DNA of 64,000 bases from Calditrichia bacterium (GTDB lineage Bacteria; Calditrichota; Calditrichia; RBG-13-44-9; J075). A program made the position numbers and the translations under genes. Below, one piece after another: positions 38,439 to 47,843 of the stretch (its first letter is position 1; the number at the start of each line of letters is the position of its first letter). Under the pieces are notes generated by a model that made no database searches, was not told the origin of the DNA, and saw only the letters and a list, made by a program, of their open reading frames with translations. Location: contig JBOEGD010000001.1 of NCBI GenBank assembly GCA_050633245.1, forward strand, positions 192,001-256,000, written 5' to 3'.

Positions 38439-39590
38439 CTATTTTAGCAGAATCATACGCTTCGTTTTCAGATAATTACCTGCCTTAAGCCGATAGGTAT
38501 AGACGCCTGAAGCCAATCCTGCGGCCTCAAATGTAAGTTGATGCTCACCCGCGGGAAGATTTCCATTTACCAGATTACTTACAATTCTTCCACTCATGTC
38601 GTAAAGCGTTAACTGCACAGTTTCAGCTTCTGGTATACGAAAGCGGATTGTTGTGGACGGATTAAACGGGTTGGGGTAGTTTTGATCGAGCTGATAGGCC
38701 TCGGCAATACCCGGCTGCGACTGCAATGAAATGCCGGTAACGACGCCGGTGATCAGGCGAAGCGTTCTGGTTTGGCCATCTGATACATAGATATTATTCG
38801 TCCGCTCATCGAATAAAATGCCGTTCGGGGAGTGAAAGCGGGCGTCTGCTGCCGGACCGTTTACTGTTCCGGGAACGCCTGTTCCAGCTAATGTCGTACG
38901 AACTCCGGTTGCCGGATCAATCTCGTAAATTCGATGCCTGGCTATGCCCGTAGCATATATCTTGCCCGCACCATAAGCGATAAATCCGATTGCTGAAAAG
39001 CTGTTTCCCGGAACTGTGGCAATCTGCACCAGAGTGGAACCATCTACGCGAAATATCTTGCCGTCGTTGAAGTTTGCAATATACAGGCGGTTATTTTCAT
39101 CCCATGCCATTCCCACCGGGCCATCGAATTCAGCGCTGTTAATAAACGGGATAATGCTACCATCAGGTGGCATCTTTACAACCTTATTTGCCGAGTATTG
39201 AGCAACATAAAGTGTATCACTCAGTGGGTCTTTAATAACACCTGCCGGGGTGTTGAGCGTATCTCCAAACGGCACTTTTGTGCTATCTGCCATCACCTTG
39301 TATACTTGATTGCCAAAGTGATCGGCAACGACCAAATTGCTGTCGGCATCGAAGGCCAATCCATTGGGGGCTGAAAATCCACCCATATATTCTGTTACAT
39401 CTCCATTTGGGGTAACTCGATAGACGTATGAACCGCCAAAACGGGAACCGTAGATGGTGCCGTCTGCTGCCTGAATCAATCCATCATTCACATCGATGTT
39501 TGGCCCGGCAAATGTTGACACAGTCTGAGCGGTAAGAGATGTTCCCAGGCATAGAATTACCGAGATCACCAGTGCTGCAAAAAAATTCAT
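38439..39590 (-). CDS. Secreted NHL/SMP-30-like beta-propeller protein with T9SS-type C-terminal domain (tandem paralogue)
   Basis: Co-linear with the neighbouring gene (QTVSTFAGP, IQAADGTIYGS, DPLSDTLYV, DQNYPNPFNPSTTIRFRIP). Confidence 0.85.
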   Translation of the reverse strand: MNFFAALVISVILCLGTSLTAQTVSTFAGPNIDVNDGLIQAADGTIYGSRFGGSYVYRVTPNGDVTEYMGGFSAPNGLAFDADSNLVVADHFGNQVYKVMADSTKVPFGDTLNTPAGVIKDPLSDTLYVAQYSANKVVKMPPDGSIIPFINSAEFDGPVGMAWDENNRLYIANFNDGKIFRVDGSTLVQIATVPGNSFSAIGFIAYGAGKIYATGIARHRIYEIDPATGVRTTLAGTGVPGTVNGPAADARFHSPNGILFDERTNNIYVSDGQTRTLRLITGVVTGISLQSQPGIAEAYQLDQNYPNPFNPSTTIRFRIPEAETVQLTLYDMSGRIVSNLVNGNLPAGEHQLTFEAAGLASGVYTYRLKAGNYLKTKRMILLK

Positions 39591-39713
39591 TCCTTTTCCT
39601 CCTCTGAAACGTTTAGATAAAGCAGCGCTTTATGCGCCACTTTATCTAATTAGCAGGAAAAAATAACAGAAATCGTCCCTCCCGATGGAAAGGAACCTAT
39701 TTTCTGCAGTGTT

Positions 39714-40880
39714 TTATATCCGTGAGTGTAAATTGTCTGTATTGCGTTTTATATAAGATGAGGGAGTGAGTCCGGTAGATTTTTTAAACATGCGATTGAA
39801 GGATGTTTTACTGCGAAAACCGGATTCCAAAGCGATACCGAAAATGGTTAGTTCATCATAGCGCGGATCGAGCAGACGTTTTTGCACGTCCTTCAGACGA
39901 TAGTTATTAATATAATCGTAAAAACTCATTCCCAGGCCCTGATTCAAAGCCTGAGACAGATTGTGTGGGGTTAAGTTGATCATTTCTGCCAGGTCGGAGA
40001 GCTTTAAATCGCTATTCAAATAAGGCTGGTCTTTTTCCATGATGAAATTAAGCTCTTTTAGATAAAAACTGAGCTCGTGTTCCGATAGCGCAGAGTTGCG
40101 ATATTTTATTATCGAATCAAGGTCTTCGCTTTGCAGTTCCTGTTTTTTCTCCTCTGCAAATATTTTCGAAGGGTAGCGCACCGAAGTAAATGCCACAATA
40201 TGTACAAAAAACGACATCACAAGAGTTGTTGTGTGGCTTAATGCTTTGGTGTCGAGCTTCATATAATGAAGCGCTATTCCCGCGATTGTGTCAAATATAA
40301 GATAGACTGTAAATGTCGCAATTAATGCTTGAGCCCACTTAAGTGAGGATAAGCTGTGTTGATTCACTTTTTGCTCTGCTTTTTTGCTCTCTTTATTTGC
40401 TGCCTGTAAACTCAAACCCAAATAGCTCAGCAACAATGCTGCGAGCACTAGATATTGCCATGGGAAACTGCCTGTTCCAATAGCTGGTTGCTGAAGTATG
40501 GATATTTTTATGTCTCCAGATAACCGGTAGAATGGAATCATTCTGACTGTTATATATGCCGCAGGTAGCAAATGAAGAATGTGCCAGACTCTAAAGCGAA
40601 ATTGGCTATTCAAGTGCAGCATGACGTAGAAATACAGCAGAGGGCCCAGCAAATACCAAAACACCCAATTGGTACCGGCAACATGGGGCCAACGCACAAA
40701 CATCCCTGATACAATAAGGGTCTCGATACTGAGGTAATACGCAACCATCAAAACAATTAGCACCAGCCAGCGATTTGCCCGTGGTGCTCCCTGCTTTTGC
40801 AACAACAGCAGGCCGGCAAAGTAAAATCCCTGCATGGCGCTGAAACCCAGTAATACTACCCAAATGGAAATTTCCGGCAT
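39714..40880 (-). CDS. Membrane-anchored AraC-family transcriptional regulator
   Basis: Multi-TM N-terminus; PYLNSDLKLSDLA, FYDYINNYR, IALESGFRSKTSFNRMFKKSTGLTPS. Confidence 0.9.
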   Translation of the reverse strand: MPEISIWVVLLGFSAMQGFYFAGLLLLQKQGAPRANRWLVLIVLMVAYYLSIETLIVSGMFVRWPHVAGTNWVFWYLLGPLLYFYVMLHLNSQFRFRVWHILHLLPAAYITVRMIPFYRLSGDIKISILQQPAIGTGSFPWQYLVLAALLLSYLGLSLQAANKESKKAEQKVNQHSLSSLKWAQALIATFTVYLIFDTIAGIALHYMKLDTKALSHTTTLVMSFFVHIVAFTSVRYPSKIFAEEKKQELQSEDLDSIIKYRNSALSEHELSFYLKELNFIMEKDQPYLNSDLKLSDLAEMINLTPHNLSQALNQGLGMSFYDYINNYRLKDVQKRLLDPRYDELTIFGIALESGFRSKTSFNRMFKKSTGLTPSSYIKRNTDNLHSRI

Positions 40881-41147
40881 AATAGGTATCTATACGTTTT
40901 ATGGTTGTTTTAGACTGTACGCGTGTTCCTGTTCTAGTATAGGCAACATTCCAGCATGTGTCTATTCCCCAAACGGGGCATTTTTTGCCTCTTTTTGACC
41001 TTTTTGGTAACGATTAAATGATGGTTTGAAATTTCTGCCCGGCGAAAAGTGATACGATATTTCCTGCCACTTTACCCATTGGCTTTCACAATAGTTTTGA
41101 TTTATCTTACAACCAAAACATGTTAAACTTACTACCGAACGGATCTG

Positions 41148-41750
41148 ATGACCGAAGTAAATTCTTCACGCCAAATGAAGACGCTTGTTGAAACATGGGC
41201 TAATCTCGATGCCAATCAGTGGAGTATGTTATCGGCAATTTTTCAGGAGCGTCGTGTGGATGCACGGGTGCAGATTGCTACACCGGGATCGACGCGACAT
41301 GAATTATTCTTCGTTTCCGCCGGCCTGTTGCGATTTTACTATCTAAGCAGCGATGGTAAGGAAGTAAATAAGGCATTTATTGCTGAAAACATGTTCGCTG
41401 GCCCGCTTGCTGCATCGGCTCTTAACCTGCCTATTATTTATGGTATCGAAACGCTCGAGCAGACAACATTATTATCTGCGGATTATCACCGCTTTGCGGC
41501 CCTGTTTGATGCAGATCCGATATTTGAACGCGTTGGCCGAAAGTTGGCCGAGTGGCTTCTGATCCGTAAGGAAATCCGACAGCGTAGTCTGTTGCAGCAG
41601 AATGCCAGCCAACGTTATCTGGATTTTGTAGAGCATCATCCAACCATGTTGCAGCGTGTTCCTCAATATCATATCGCTTCTTATTTGGGAATTGCGGAAG
41701 TTTCGCTGTCTCGCCTTCGCCGTGCACTTGCCGCAGATCAGCTTTCTTAA
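41148..41750 (+). CDS. Crp/Fnr family regulator
   Basis: GLLRFYY..DGKE, QRVPQYHIASYLGIAEVSLSRLR. Confidence 0.88.
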   Translation: MTEVNSSRQMKTLVETWANLDANQWSMLSAIFQERRVDARVQIATPGSTRHELFFVSAGLLRFYYLSSDGKEVNKAFIAENMFAGPLAASALNLPIIYGIETLEQTTLLSADYHRFAALFDADPIFERVGRKLAEWLLIRKEIRQRSLLQQNASQRYLDFVEHHPTMLQRVPQYHIASYLGIAEVSLSRLRRALAADQLS

Positions 41751-41761
41751 CAAATGTTAAG
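41746..41761. promoter_or_regulatory. Palindromic site, likely bound by the adjacent Crp/Fnr protein
   Basis: CTTAACA-AA-TGTTAAG overlapping the regulator stop codon, upstream of the next gene. Confidence 0.55.
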
Positions 41762-41833
41762 GAAGCGTATTTTTACTCCGCTTATTTTACCCGGGTAATT
41801 ATTGTTAATAAAACACAACCCGGAGATATAAAA

Positions 41834-42694
41834 ATGAACATTGGTTTTATCGGAATTGGCATCATGGGCAGCCGAATGGCTGGCAATCTACTGAAAGCAG
41901 GGCATTCTGTTGCAGTTTTTAATCGGAGCATCGAAAAAGTTAGTCCTCTTCTTGAAGCTGGTGCAAGTCACTGGATTCATCTAAACAATCCTTCCCCCAA
42001 ATTTGATGTTGTAATTACTATGTTATCTGACTCCAAAGCTGTTGAAAGCGTTGCTCTTGGTGACGATGGCTTTCTTGAACATTTTAAAGGGCTCTGGATA
42101 GATTGTAGCACCACAACCCCTGAGTTTGCTCGCCACATATTCGACTTTGCCGATCAGCATGGAGTTCGCTTTATGGATGCACCGGTTGGTGGTTCACTTG
42201 GCCAGGCAGAGAGAGCCGAGCTGATATTCCTTTGTGGAGGAGATGCTGCTGATTTTGCATTCTCTGCACCTCTCTTTGAGGCAATGGGAGCGAAGTCTGT
42301 CCATGTTGGAGATTTAGGTATGGGAACATCGCTGAAGCTGGTATTAAATCACCTGTTGGCAAGCTCGATGGCTGCTTTTGCTGAGGCATTACATTTTGGA
42401 ATGGCTCTTGGGCTTGAGAAATCGACACTGCTAAACATTCTTATTGGAGGACCGGTTGTCCCCCCCTATATGCAAATGAAGAAAGAAAAATTGGCAGTAC
42501 AATCTTATGACGCGGAATTTCCGCTGCGGCTAATGCATAAAGACATGCAGATGGTTTCACTTGCTGCCTACAGCGTGGGAGTTCCAATGCCTGTTGCATG
42601 TACCGTGAAGGAGCTGTTTCTAATGGCTCAGCAGGCAGGGCATGGTGATGCTGATTTCTCTGCACTTGCGGGATTTCTCGAAAACGGGCGGTAA
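41834..42694 (+). CDS. NAD(P)-dependent beta-hydroxyacid dehydrogenase (3-hydroxyisobutyrate dehydrogenase family)
   Basis: IGFIGIGIMG, IDCSTT, MDAPVGGS, KLVLN, HKDM. Confidence 0.9.
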   Translation: MNIGFIGIGIMGSRMAGNLLKAGHSVAVFNRSIEKVSPLLEAGASHWIHLNNPSPKFDVVITMLSDSKAVESVALGDDGFLEHFKGLWIDCSTTTPEFARHIFDFADQHGVRFMDAPVGGSLGQAERAELIFLCGGDAADFAFSAPLFEAMGAKSVHVGDLGMGTSLKLVLNHLLASSMAAFAEALHFGMALGLEKSTLLNILIGGPVVPPYMQMKKEKLAVQSYDAEFPLRLMHKDMQMVSLAAYSVGVPMPVACTVKELFLMAQQAGHGDADFSALAGFLENGR

Positions 42695-42947
42695 AACTTT
42701 TTCATAAATTCCACCTTTTTGTCTCATAGATCACGGTGCTGTGGGATAATTGCTGCTTAATTATTCTACAGGCTGCATAAAGTATCGCATGCGCCTGCCT
42801 CGATTGGGAGTTGGTAATTAAAATATAAACTTTGCAGTATGCAGATTCTGCTACTTTTTGGCGTAGCCGCGATGCTTGTACCAGCAATGTGGCCGATAAT
42901 CTATTCAGCTGCGAATACATATGGACATGACGGTAAGGAGATATGAC

Positions 42948-43445
42948 ATGAAGGTCATCGCACTGCTGGTTTTATCATTCGTTTTTTTTAGCTGTAGTTC
43001 CGAAGAATTGCAAACCACCTCCGAAAGATCAATCTCATCTGTTAAGAATGATCGGGTTTCATTAAAAGGAGCTGTTACGCTCGATCATGCCGGAAAAGCT
43101 TTTAGCGAAGCTTGTAGAAAGCTACGGGTGAACAGCCGCTTTTCATTTCGGGATCGTAGCAATATGGTTGCGGCTGTTGCTGAAAATGAAGTTGTTTCAA
43201 TTTCACCATCCTCCGATTCACAGATTCGCGTAACGCGATATCGCATCAATGGAATGGTGTCTAACAGAATGCAGTTGCAGATGAGCTTTCTGAAGTTCCT
43301 CGATTACAAGAGTCGCCTGCAGTCTGAAGGAAATTGGAATAATCGTGGTCCTGCGCAGTACCCCGGTAAAGAAGGTCGTTTTAAATTTAGTTCGATTCGC
43401 GCGAATGAAAAGATGGCACTTTCTGATCTGGCTCAAATTTTTTAA
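42948..43445 (+). CDS. Hypothetical lipoprotein
   Basis: AAGGAG SD; MKVIALLVLSFVFFSC lipobox. Confidence 0.6.
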   Translation: MKVIALLVLSFVFFSCSSEELQTTSERSISSVKNDRVSLKGAVTLDHAGKAFSEACRKLRVNSRFSFRDRSNMVAAVAENEVVSISPSSDSQIRVTRYRINGMVSNRMQLQMSFLKFLDYKSRLQSEGNWNNRGPAQYPGKEGRFKFSSIRANEKMALSDLAQIF

Positions 43446-43559
43446 CTTTCATCAGCACAACTTATTGCTAAACTACAAGTTAAAAAATACTTGTCTTAAC
43501 CAGCATTCCTTCTCACATTTATTGCTGTTTCTTACACTACGCAGAAGGAGATTTCTAGT

Positions 43560-44267
43560 ATGACCAAGTGGATACTGACTATTCTTGTTGCCGGCATGTT
43601 TTTTTCCTGTGGCTATAAAAAGCAGATCGATGTGCTTACAACAGAAAACGAAGGTTTGAAGAGCCAGGTCGCTGAACTTACCGAGCAAAAAAATAAGCTC
43701 GAGAGCGATATGGTGCAGGTAAAAGCGAATTTTGATCAGGTTAACTTTTTAGCACGCCAGTTAAAGGGCGTTAAAGCTCGTGTGATAACCAATCATGGCC
43801 CTATCGAGATGGAGTTCTTTGCCGAAAAAGCACCGATTCATGTTTTCAACTTTATAACGCGCGCCGAGAGTGGTTTCTATGATGGCACGCGGTTTCATCG
43901 CATTATTCCCGGCTTTATGATTCAGGGTGGCGACCCGAACAGCAAAAATGATCAGCTGGAAGATGATGGCGCCGGTGGACCAATCGCAAACATCCCCCAC
44001 GAGTTTAATAGCGTAAAGCACGTGCCTGGTATCCTGTCTATGGCGCGTCAGGGAAACACCTCGCTTGGTGCAGGCAGCCAATTTTTTATCATGCATGGCA
44101 CCAGCCCTAATCTCGATCGACAATACACTGCATTCGGTAAAGTAACGTCTGGAATGAAGGTTGTTAATCAGATTGCTACAACACCAACCTACGGTCAGAA
44201 AAACCCTCGTTTGGCAACGCAACCGGTTCGGCCGGTACTGATTCGGCGTATAGAAGTGTATCGGTAG
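43560..44267 (+). CDS. Cyclophilin-type peptidyl-prolyl isomerase, lipoprotein with coiled-coil linker
   Basis: FFSC lipobox; FYDGTRFHRIIPGFMIQGGDP, LSMAR, SQFFI, YTAFGKV. Confidence 0.92.
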   Translation: MTKWILTILVAGMFFSCGYKKQIDVLTTENEGLKSQVAELTEQKNKLESDMVQVKANFDQVNFLARQLKGVKARVITNHGPIEMEFFAEKAPIHVFNFITRAESGFYDGTRFHRIIPGFMIQGGDPNSKNDQLEDDGAGGPIANIPHEFNSVKHVPGILSMARQGNTSLGAGSQFFIMHGTSPNLDRQYTAFGKVTSGMKVVNQIATTPTYGQKNPRLATQPVRPVLIRRIEVYR

Positions 44268-44270
44268 CTA

Positions 44271-45095
44271 ATGCGCAGGCCTATTTTATTTGTTCTACTT
44301 TTATCGTCCGGCATTTTTGCCCAGTCGCTGTTTCAGCGACTGGCGCTGGATCATATTAATATTGCTGTAGCTGACCTTGAGACGGCCACAGCACTCTTTA
44401 ACGATTCATTGGGTTTTGCCATTAAACCGGGACGGCTGCACGAGAACGGCATTAACAATGCACATCTTAAGTTTAAAAATGGCACTTCCATTGAAATTAT
44501 TACGGCCTCAAAACCTGGGGACGATCTTGCTGCATTTTATCAAAAGAGAATCTCTTATGCACAAGGCGGCTCTGCTGCATTTCTTTGTCTACGCTTAACC
44601 TATAGCGCCGCAAGCGATTCTTTGCTGAAGCGTTTCCCACTTAATAAAGCAGATCTTGGTTATGCAGAACTCTATTCTTTTTCGCTTGCTGATCCGCGCC
44701 ACCCGCTCTTCTTTATTCGCTATAAAAAACGAACTTCAGATAATCCACGCTATCTGTATCACTGGAATGGCGCTCAACAATTGAGTGCTGTTTGGGTAAG
44801 TAAGCGTTGGTGGCAGAGACATTTCGCAGATTTCGGTAAAATCTCGGAAACGCGACACCTTATGATTGATGGTAAAAAGCACGCTGTCGATGTGCTACCG
44901 TTAGCTGCTGGAGAAATATGGTTGGTCGATGGTGAAATGCCGTTTTCTGATGCGCTTCAATCGCCGCTTCCGGGATTAACGATTTCCGTCGAAGATCAAA
45001 AACAAACTCAGCAGTTCTTAGAAAAAAAATTGTCCGGGAAAAGAGTTGGCAATCCATTGTGGGTTACCGGAACGTTTTTTCTTTTTCAGGAATAG
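44271..45095 (+). CDS. Secreted VOC/glyoxalase-like domain protein
   Basis: Signal peptide; LDHINIAVADL...LGF..GRLHENGINN...IEII. Confidence 0.7.
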   Translation: MRRPILFVLLLSSGIFAQSLFQRLALDHINIAVADLETATALFNDSLGFAIKPGRLHENGINNAHLKFKNGTSIEIITASKPGDDLAAFYQKRISYAQGGSAAFLCLRLTYSAASDSLLKRFPLNKADLGYAELYSFSLADPRHPLFFIRYKKRTSDNPRYLYHWNGAQQLSAVWVSKRWWQRHFADFGKISETRHLMIDGKKHAVDVLPLAAGEIWLVDGEMPFSDALQSPLPGLTISVEDQKQTQQFLEKKLSGKRVGNPLWVTGTFFLFQE

Positions 45096-45096
45096 A

Positions 45097-45120
45097 AACC
45101 CGGTGTGCGCACACCGGGTT
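45097..45120. terminator. Perfect 24-bp palindrome between convergent genes (likely bidirectional terminator)
   Basis: AACCCGGTGTGC GCACACCGGGTT. Confidence 0.7.
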
Positions 45121-45132
45121 AATCTTGTAAAC

Positions 45133-46386
45133 TTAATTCAACTTAAATTTTATCGGTAGCTTTACTCGAGTGCTTACAGCTTTACCGTCTGCTTCGCCGG
45201 GGCTAAATGTACTGGTGCGAACAAATTCAAGTGCTGCAGCATCAAGCTCTGGAACGGATTTTACAACTTTTGCATCCATTACATTACCTTCAGCGTTTAC
45301 CAGAATATCTACGACTACAGTTCCTTCAAGTGCTGCCTTCTTTGCATCTTCCGGATACTTTAGATCCGCAGCCACTGCCAGTTTTGGCTTAACACTCAGG
45401 TTATTGATATCTACAATTATTGCCTCTGAAGCGGTTGCACTGCTTCTTTCCGTACTACAGGAAAATGGAATTGCCAGTAAAAGCACTGCTGCTGCAATAC
45501 CGAAACCAGATAGAATGTGTTTCTTCAATGGAGTAACCTCCTTCTTAAGTTGATAATGAATTCGTTTAGACAGGCCGGATTGGCACTGCGAAAAATAACT
45601 GGCTGCAGTCAGTCTTTTTTTATTTTGGATCAGAGACTCCGCAATATGAATAAGGTTGTTTGCGTAGTCTCGTGGAGGAATGTCCATATTACGTATTGTG
45701 CGATTATCGCAACTTATCTCACGATACAGATTTATTCTGTTGTTCAATAACCACACCATGGGATTAAAGAAGAAAATGATCTGCGAAAAAATCTGCAGCA
45801 CATTTATCCAATGGTCGCCTGCCTGAATATGTTGAAGCTCATGCGTGATAATTGTCCGTTTTACCTGCGTGTTCCAGTTCTTTGACGAAGCAGGGAGCAG
45901 TATTTTGTGCCGGAACAACCCGGTAACAAGTGGACTTTGTTCTTCTGCTGATAGCAAAACGACGGTATTTGCCGGTAGATCGATTGTGTGTGGCAGTAAG
46001 GCCGCATTCTTTAGCTTACTGCGTAGAGTGAGCGTTCGGAAAATAAGTTTGGCTGATAATACAATAACACCGGTAAGCCATAGGCAAAACAAAATTACGT
46101 CAACTGTCCAGATGTTCGCCCCGGCAGAAGATGATGCCAACACTTCTGGCAATTCAAAGCGATTGGCAATGCCGGGTAGGACGCTTTCGACGGGTAGTGC
46201 GATTATTGGAACAAACAGCTTTACCAACGCAATGCCCATTAGAATAATCTGTAATCGCGGGTCATCGTTCTTCCGGGCAAGCCAAACAGAGATCAGTAGC
46301 ACCAACAGGATAAAGAGCGAGCCATTCACATTCATTTGCAGGAAATGTTCCCGCCAAAGCGTTATCAATTCAGGAGTGCTATTCAT
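45133..46386 (-). CDS. BlaR1/M56 metallopeptidase fused to a TonB C-terminal domain
   Basis: SPLVTG, HELQH, FFFNPMVW, REISCD; YPEDAKKAALEGTVVV...LPIKFKL. Confidence 0.88.
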   Translation of the reverse strand: MNSTPELITLWREHFLQMNVNGSLFILLVLLISVWLARKNDDPRLQIILMGIALVKLFVPIIALPVESVLPGIANRFELPEVLASSSAGANIWTVDVILFCLWLTGVIVLSAKLIFRTLTLRSKLKNAALLPHTIDLPANTVVLLSAEEQSPLVTGLFRHKILLPASSKNWNTQVKRTIITHELQHIQAGDHWINVLQIFSQIIFFFNPMVWLLNNRINLYREISCDNRTIRNMDIPPRDYANNLIHIAESLIQNKKRLTAASYFSQCQSGLSKRIHYQLKKEVTPLKKHILSGFGIAAAVLLLAIPFSCSTERSSATASEAIIVDINNLSVKPKLAVAADLKYPEDAKKAALEGTVVVDILVNAEGNVMDAKVVKSVPELDAAALEFVRTSTFSPGEADGKAVSTRVKLPIKFKLN

Positions 46387-46777
46387 TATTGCTCTCCTTC
46401 TTCTGTTTCTGTTCGAGGAGGGCTTTTAGCCTGATTAACTCCTCTTCATTAAGAGAGTCCGAGTCGACTAAAAAGTTTGCCAGATCATTAACAGAACCGC
46501 CAAAAAAACGCTTTGCCATCTGCGTTACAGCACTGCGCAGCGTGGTATCCCGTGCCTCTGAAGGACGATAAAAATTTACCAGGCCCACTTTCTCTTTGTT
46601 GAGATACCCTTTTCCAACAAGGTTGTTCATAACCGTTTGCACGGTTGTATACGCTTTTTGTCCATCGGGATACGCTGATTCGAGAATCTCACGTACCGTC
46701 ACTTGTTTTCGTGCCTGCCAGATGAATTGAAGAATTTCCCATTCCAGTTCTGTTGGCTGTTGTTTGGTGGAATTCAC
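46379..46777 (-). CDS. blaI: BlaI/MecI/CopY family repressor
   Basis: TELEWEILQFIW, AYTTVQTVMNNLVGKGYL, FGGS; directly upstream of the M56 gene. Confidence 0.88.
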   Translation of the reverse strand: MNSTKQQPTELEWEILQFIWQARKQVTVREILESAYPDGQKAYTTVQTVMNNLVGKGYLNKEKVGLVNFYRPSEARDTTLRSAVTQMAKRFFGGSVNDLANFLVDSDSLNEEELIRLKALLEQKQKKESNNE

Positions 46778-46794
46778 ACTCTCTCCTGCGTTTT

Positions 46795-46838
46795 TAGTAG
46801 ATCTACTATAAATATAGTAGGTGCTTGCAAAAAGTCAA
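46795..46838 (-). promoter_or_regulatory. Promoter and palindromic operator of the blaI-blaR1-like operon
   Basis: Minus strand TTGACT-N16-TATATT; palindromes CTACTATA-AA-TATAGTAG (46803-46820) and TAGTAGATCTACTA (46795-46808). Confidence 0.68.
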
Positions 46839-46851
46839 GAGATTTATCCGG

Positions 46852-46888
46852 AAATAAAAAAGCAGCGTGCCAAAGAGGCACGCTGCTT
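46852..46888 (-). terminator. Rho-independent terminator of the ZU5-like lipoprotein gene
   Basis: AAGCAGCGTGCC-N5-GGCACGCTGCTT stem followed by a U-run on the minus strand. Confidence 0.82.
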
Positions 46889-46913
46889 ATATTATGCTTA
46901 GTCTTATTTAAGC

Positions 46914-47486
46914 CTATCCGCGGGAGAGAGCGTAGCGAGAGAAGTGGTGAATTGTGAGGATGATCAATTTGTTGGTGACGTCAATGTCATCGGGAATTTG
47001 CTCGATATAGTTACCATTATCATCTATATAGTAAAGCGTGGGTATTTCGATTCCGAGATCAGCATAGTTAAGGTAAACCTTCGCTGCAGGGCTAAACTGG
47101 CAGCCATGTGGGCCAAACTCGAAGAGCAATTCATTGTTCACAGTGTCCAAATCCGCAGTCATTGTGATAACTACATCGTCACCCCAAGGCGTGCTTGGTG
47201 GCGGAGTAATAGCGTTCTTCATCAGCTCGAACACCGTACCATTCGGTAGCGTAAATGATCCACCTCTATAACCTTCTTTATGAAAGCTGTAGTTGTAAGA
47301 AGCGCTTTGCGGGTAGGTTAGCCTTTCATTCGATCCCTTAATTGGCTTCCCGTTAAACTCGGCCGGTTCCTCAACACTGTCCGGTCCGTTGATGCTTACA
47401 ATACTGTCCTGTGTGCAGCTAAGGGCGAAAAAAGAGAATAATACTGCGGTGATGAGTAAGTAGAGTGAACGTTTGGTGCGTGTCAT
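46914..47486 (-). CDS. Lipoprotein with ZU5-like domain ending in HFS motif
   Basis: GGAGG SD; lipobox FALSC; GGSFTLPNGT...VVITM...FEFGPHGCQFSP..VYLNY...IHHFSRYALSRG*. Confidence 0.7.
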   Translation of the reverse strand: MTRTKRSLYLLITAVLFSFFALSCTQDSIVSINGPDSVEEPAEFNGKPIKGSNERLTYPQSASYNYSFHKEGYRGGSFTLPNGTVFELMKNAITPPPSTPWGDDVVITMTADLDTVNNELLFEFGPHGCQFSPAAKVYLNYADLGIEIPTLYYIDDNGNYIEQIPDDIDVTNKLIILTIHHFSRYALSRG

Positions 47487-47552
47487 GGTCAACCTCCGTG
47501 TTGATTAAGTTTTTGTTTACTTCCGTTACATCCTTGTAACTGCTGCTATTAT

Positions 47553-47568
47553 AGCAACTGATATGCCA
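47553..47568 (-). promoter_or_regulatory. Sigma-54 (-24/-12) promoter of the ZU5-like lipoprotein
   Basis: Minus strand TGGCATATCAGTTGCT, close to the TGGCAC-N5-TTGCW consensus. Confidence 0.8.
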
Positions 47569-47585
47569 ATTTGTATTGTTGGCTT

Positions 47586-47692
47586 TAAGTCTTTGATTTT
47601 ATTGACTATGAACTCTTTTTACCCTCTCGCTGCAAAGTGGTCCATTTCAACCATTTATTTGCTGACTTCCGCCAACTGGCTGAATTCAACCA
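47586..47692. promoter_or_regulatory. IHF-like site and two candidate enhancer boxes
   Basis: Minus strand AATCAAAGACTTA (47586-47598) fits WATCAA-N4-TTR; TGGTCCATTTCAACCA (47638-47653) and TGGCTGAATTCAACCA (47677-47692). Confidence 0.6.
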
Positions 47693-47843
47693 GGTTTTTA
47701 GGCAAATAATGGTCTATAGCGGCTAACTATTTTACGCAGAAATTAACTCTCGTTTTATCAAGGAGATCCTCTTAGCGTCGACTATTAAAAATAGTTGAAT
47801 GTGCTGTTTATACATAACTTGATACAGAAAGTATATTCCTGCA

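Noticed and set aside
35113-39590. Diversity-generating retroelement (Avd-like gene plus near-duplicate genes)
   Set aside because: No reverse transcriptase; the paralogues differ along their full length, not in an adenine-specific TR/VR pair.
45133-46777. Beta-lactam resistance locus
   Set aside because: The M56 protein carries a TonB C-terminal domain rather than a penicillin-binding sensor, and no beta-lactamase is adjacent; this architecture is common.
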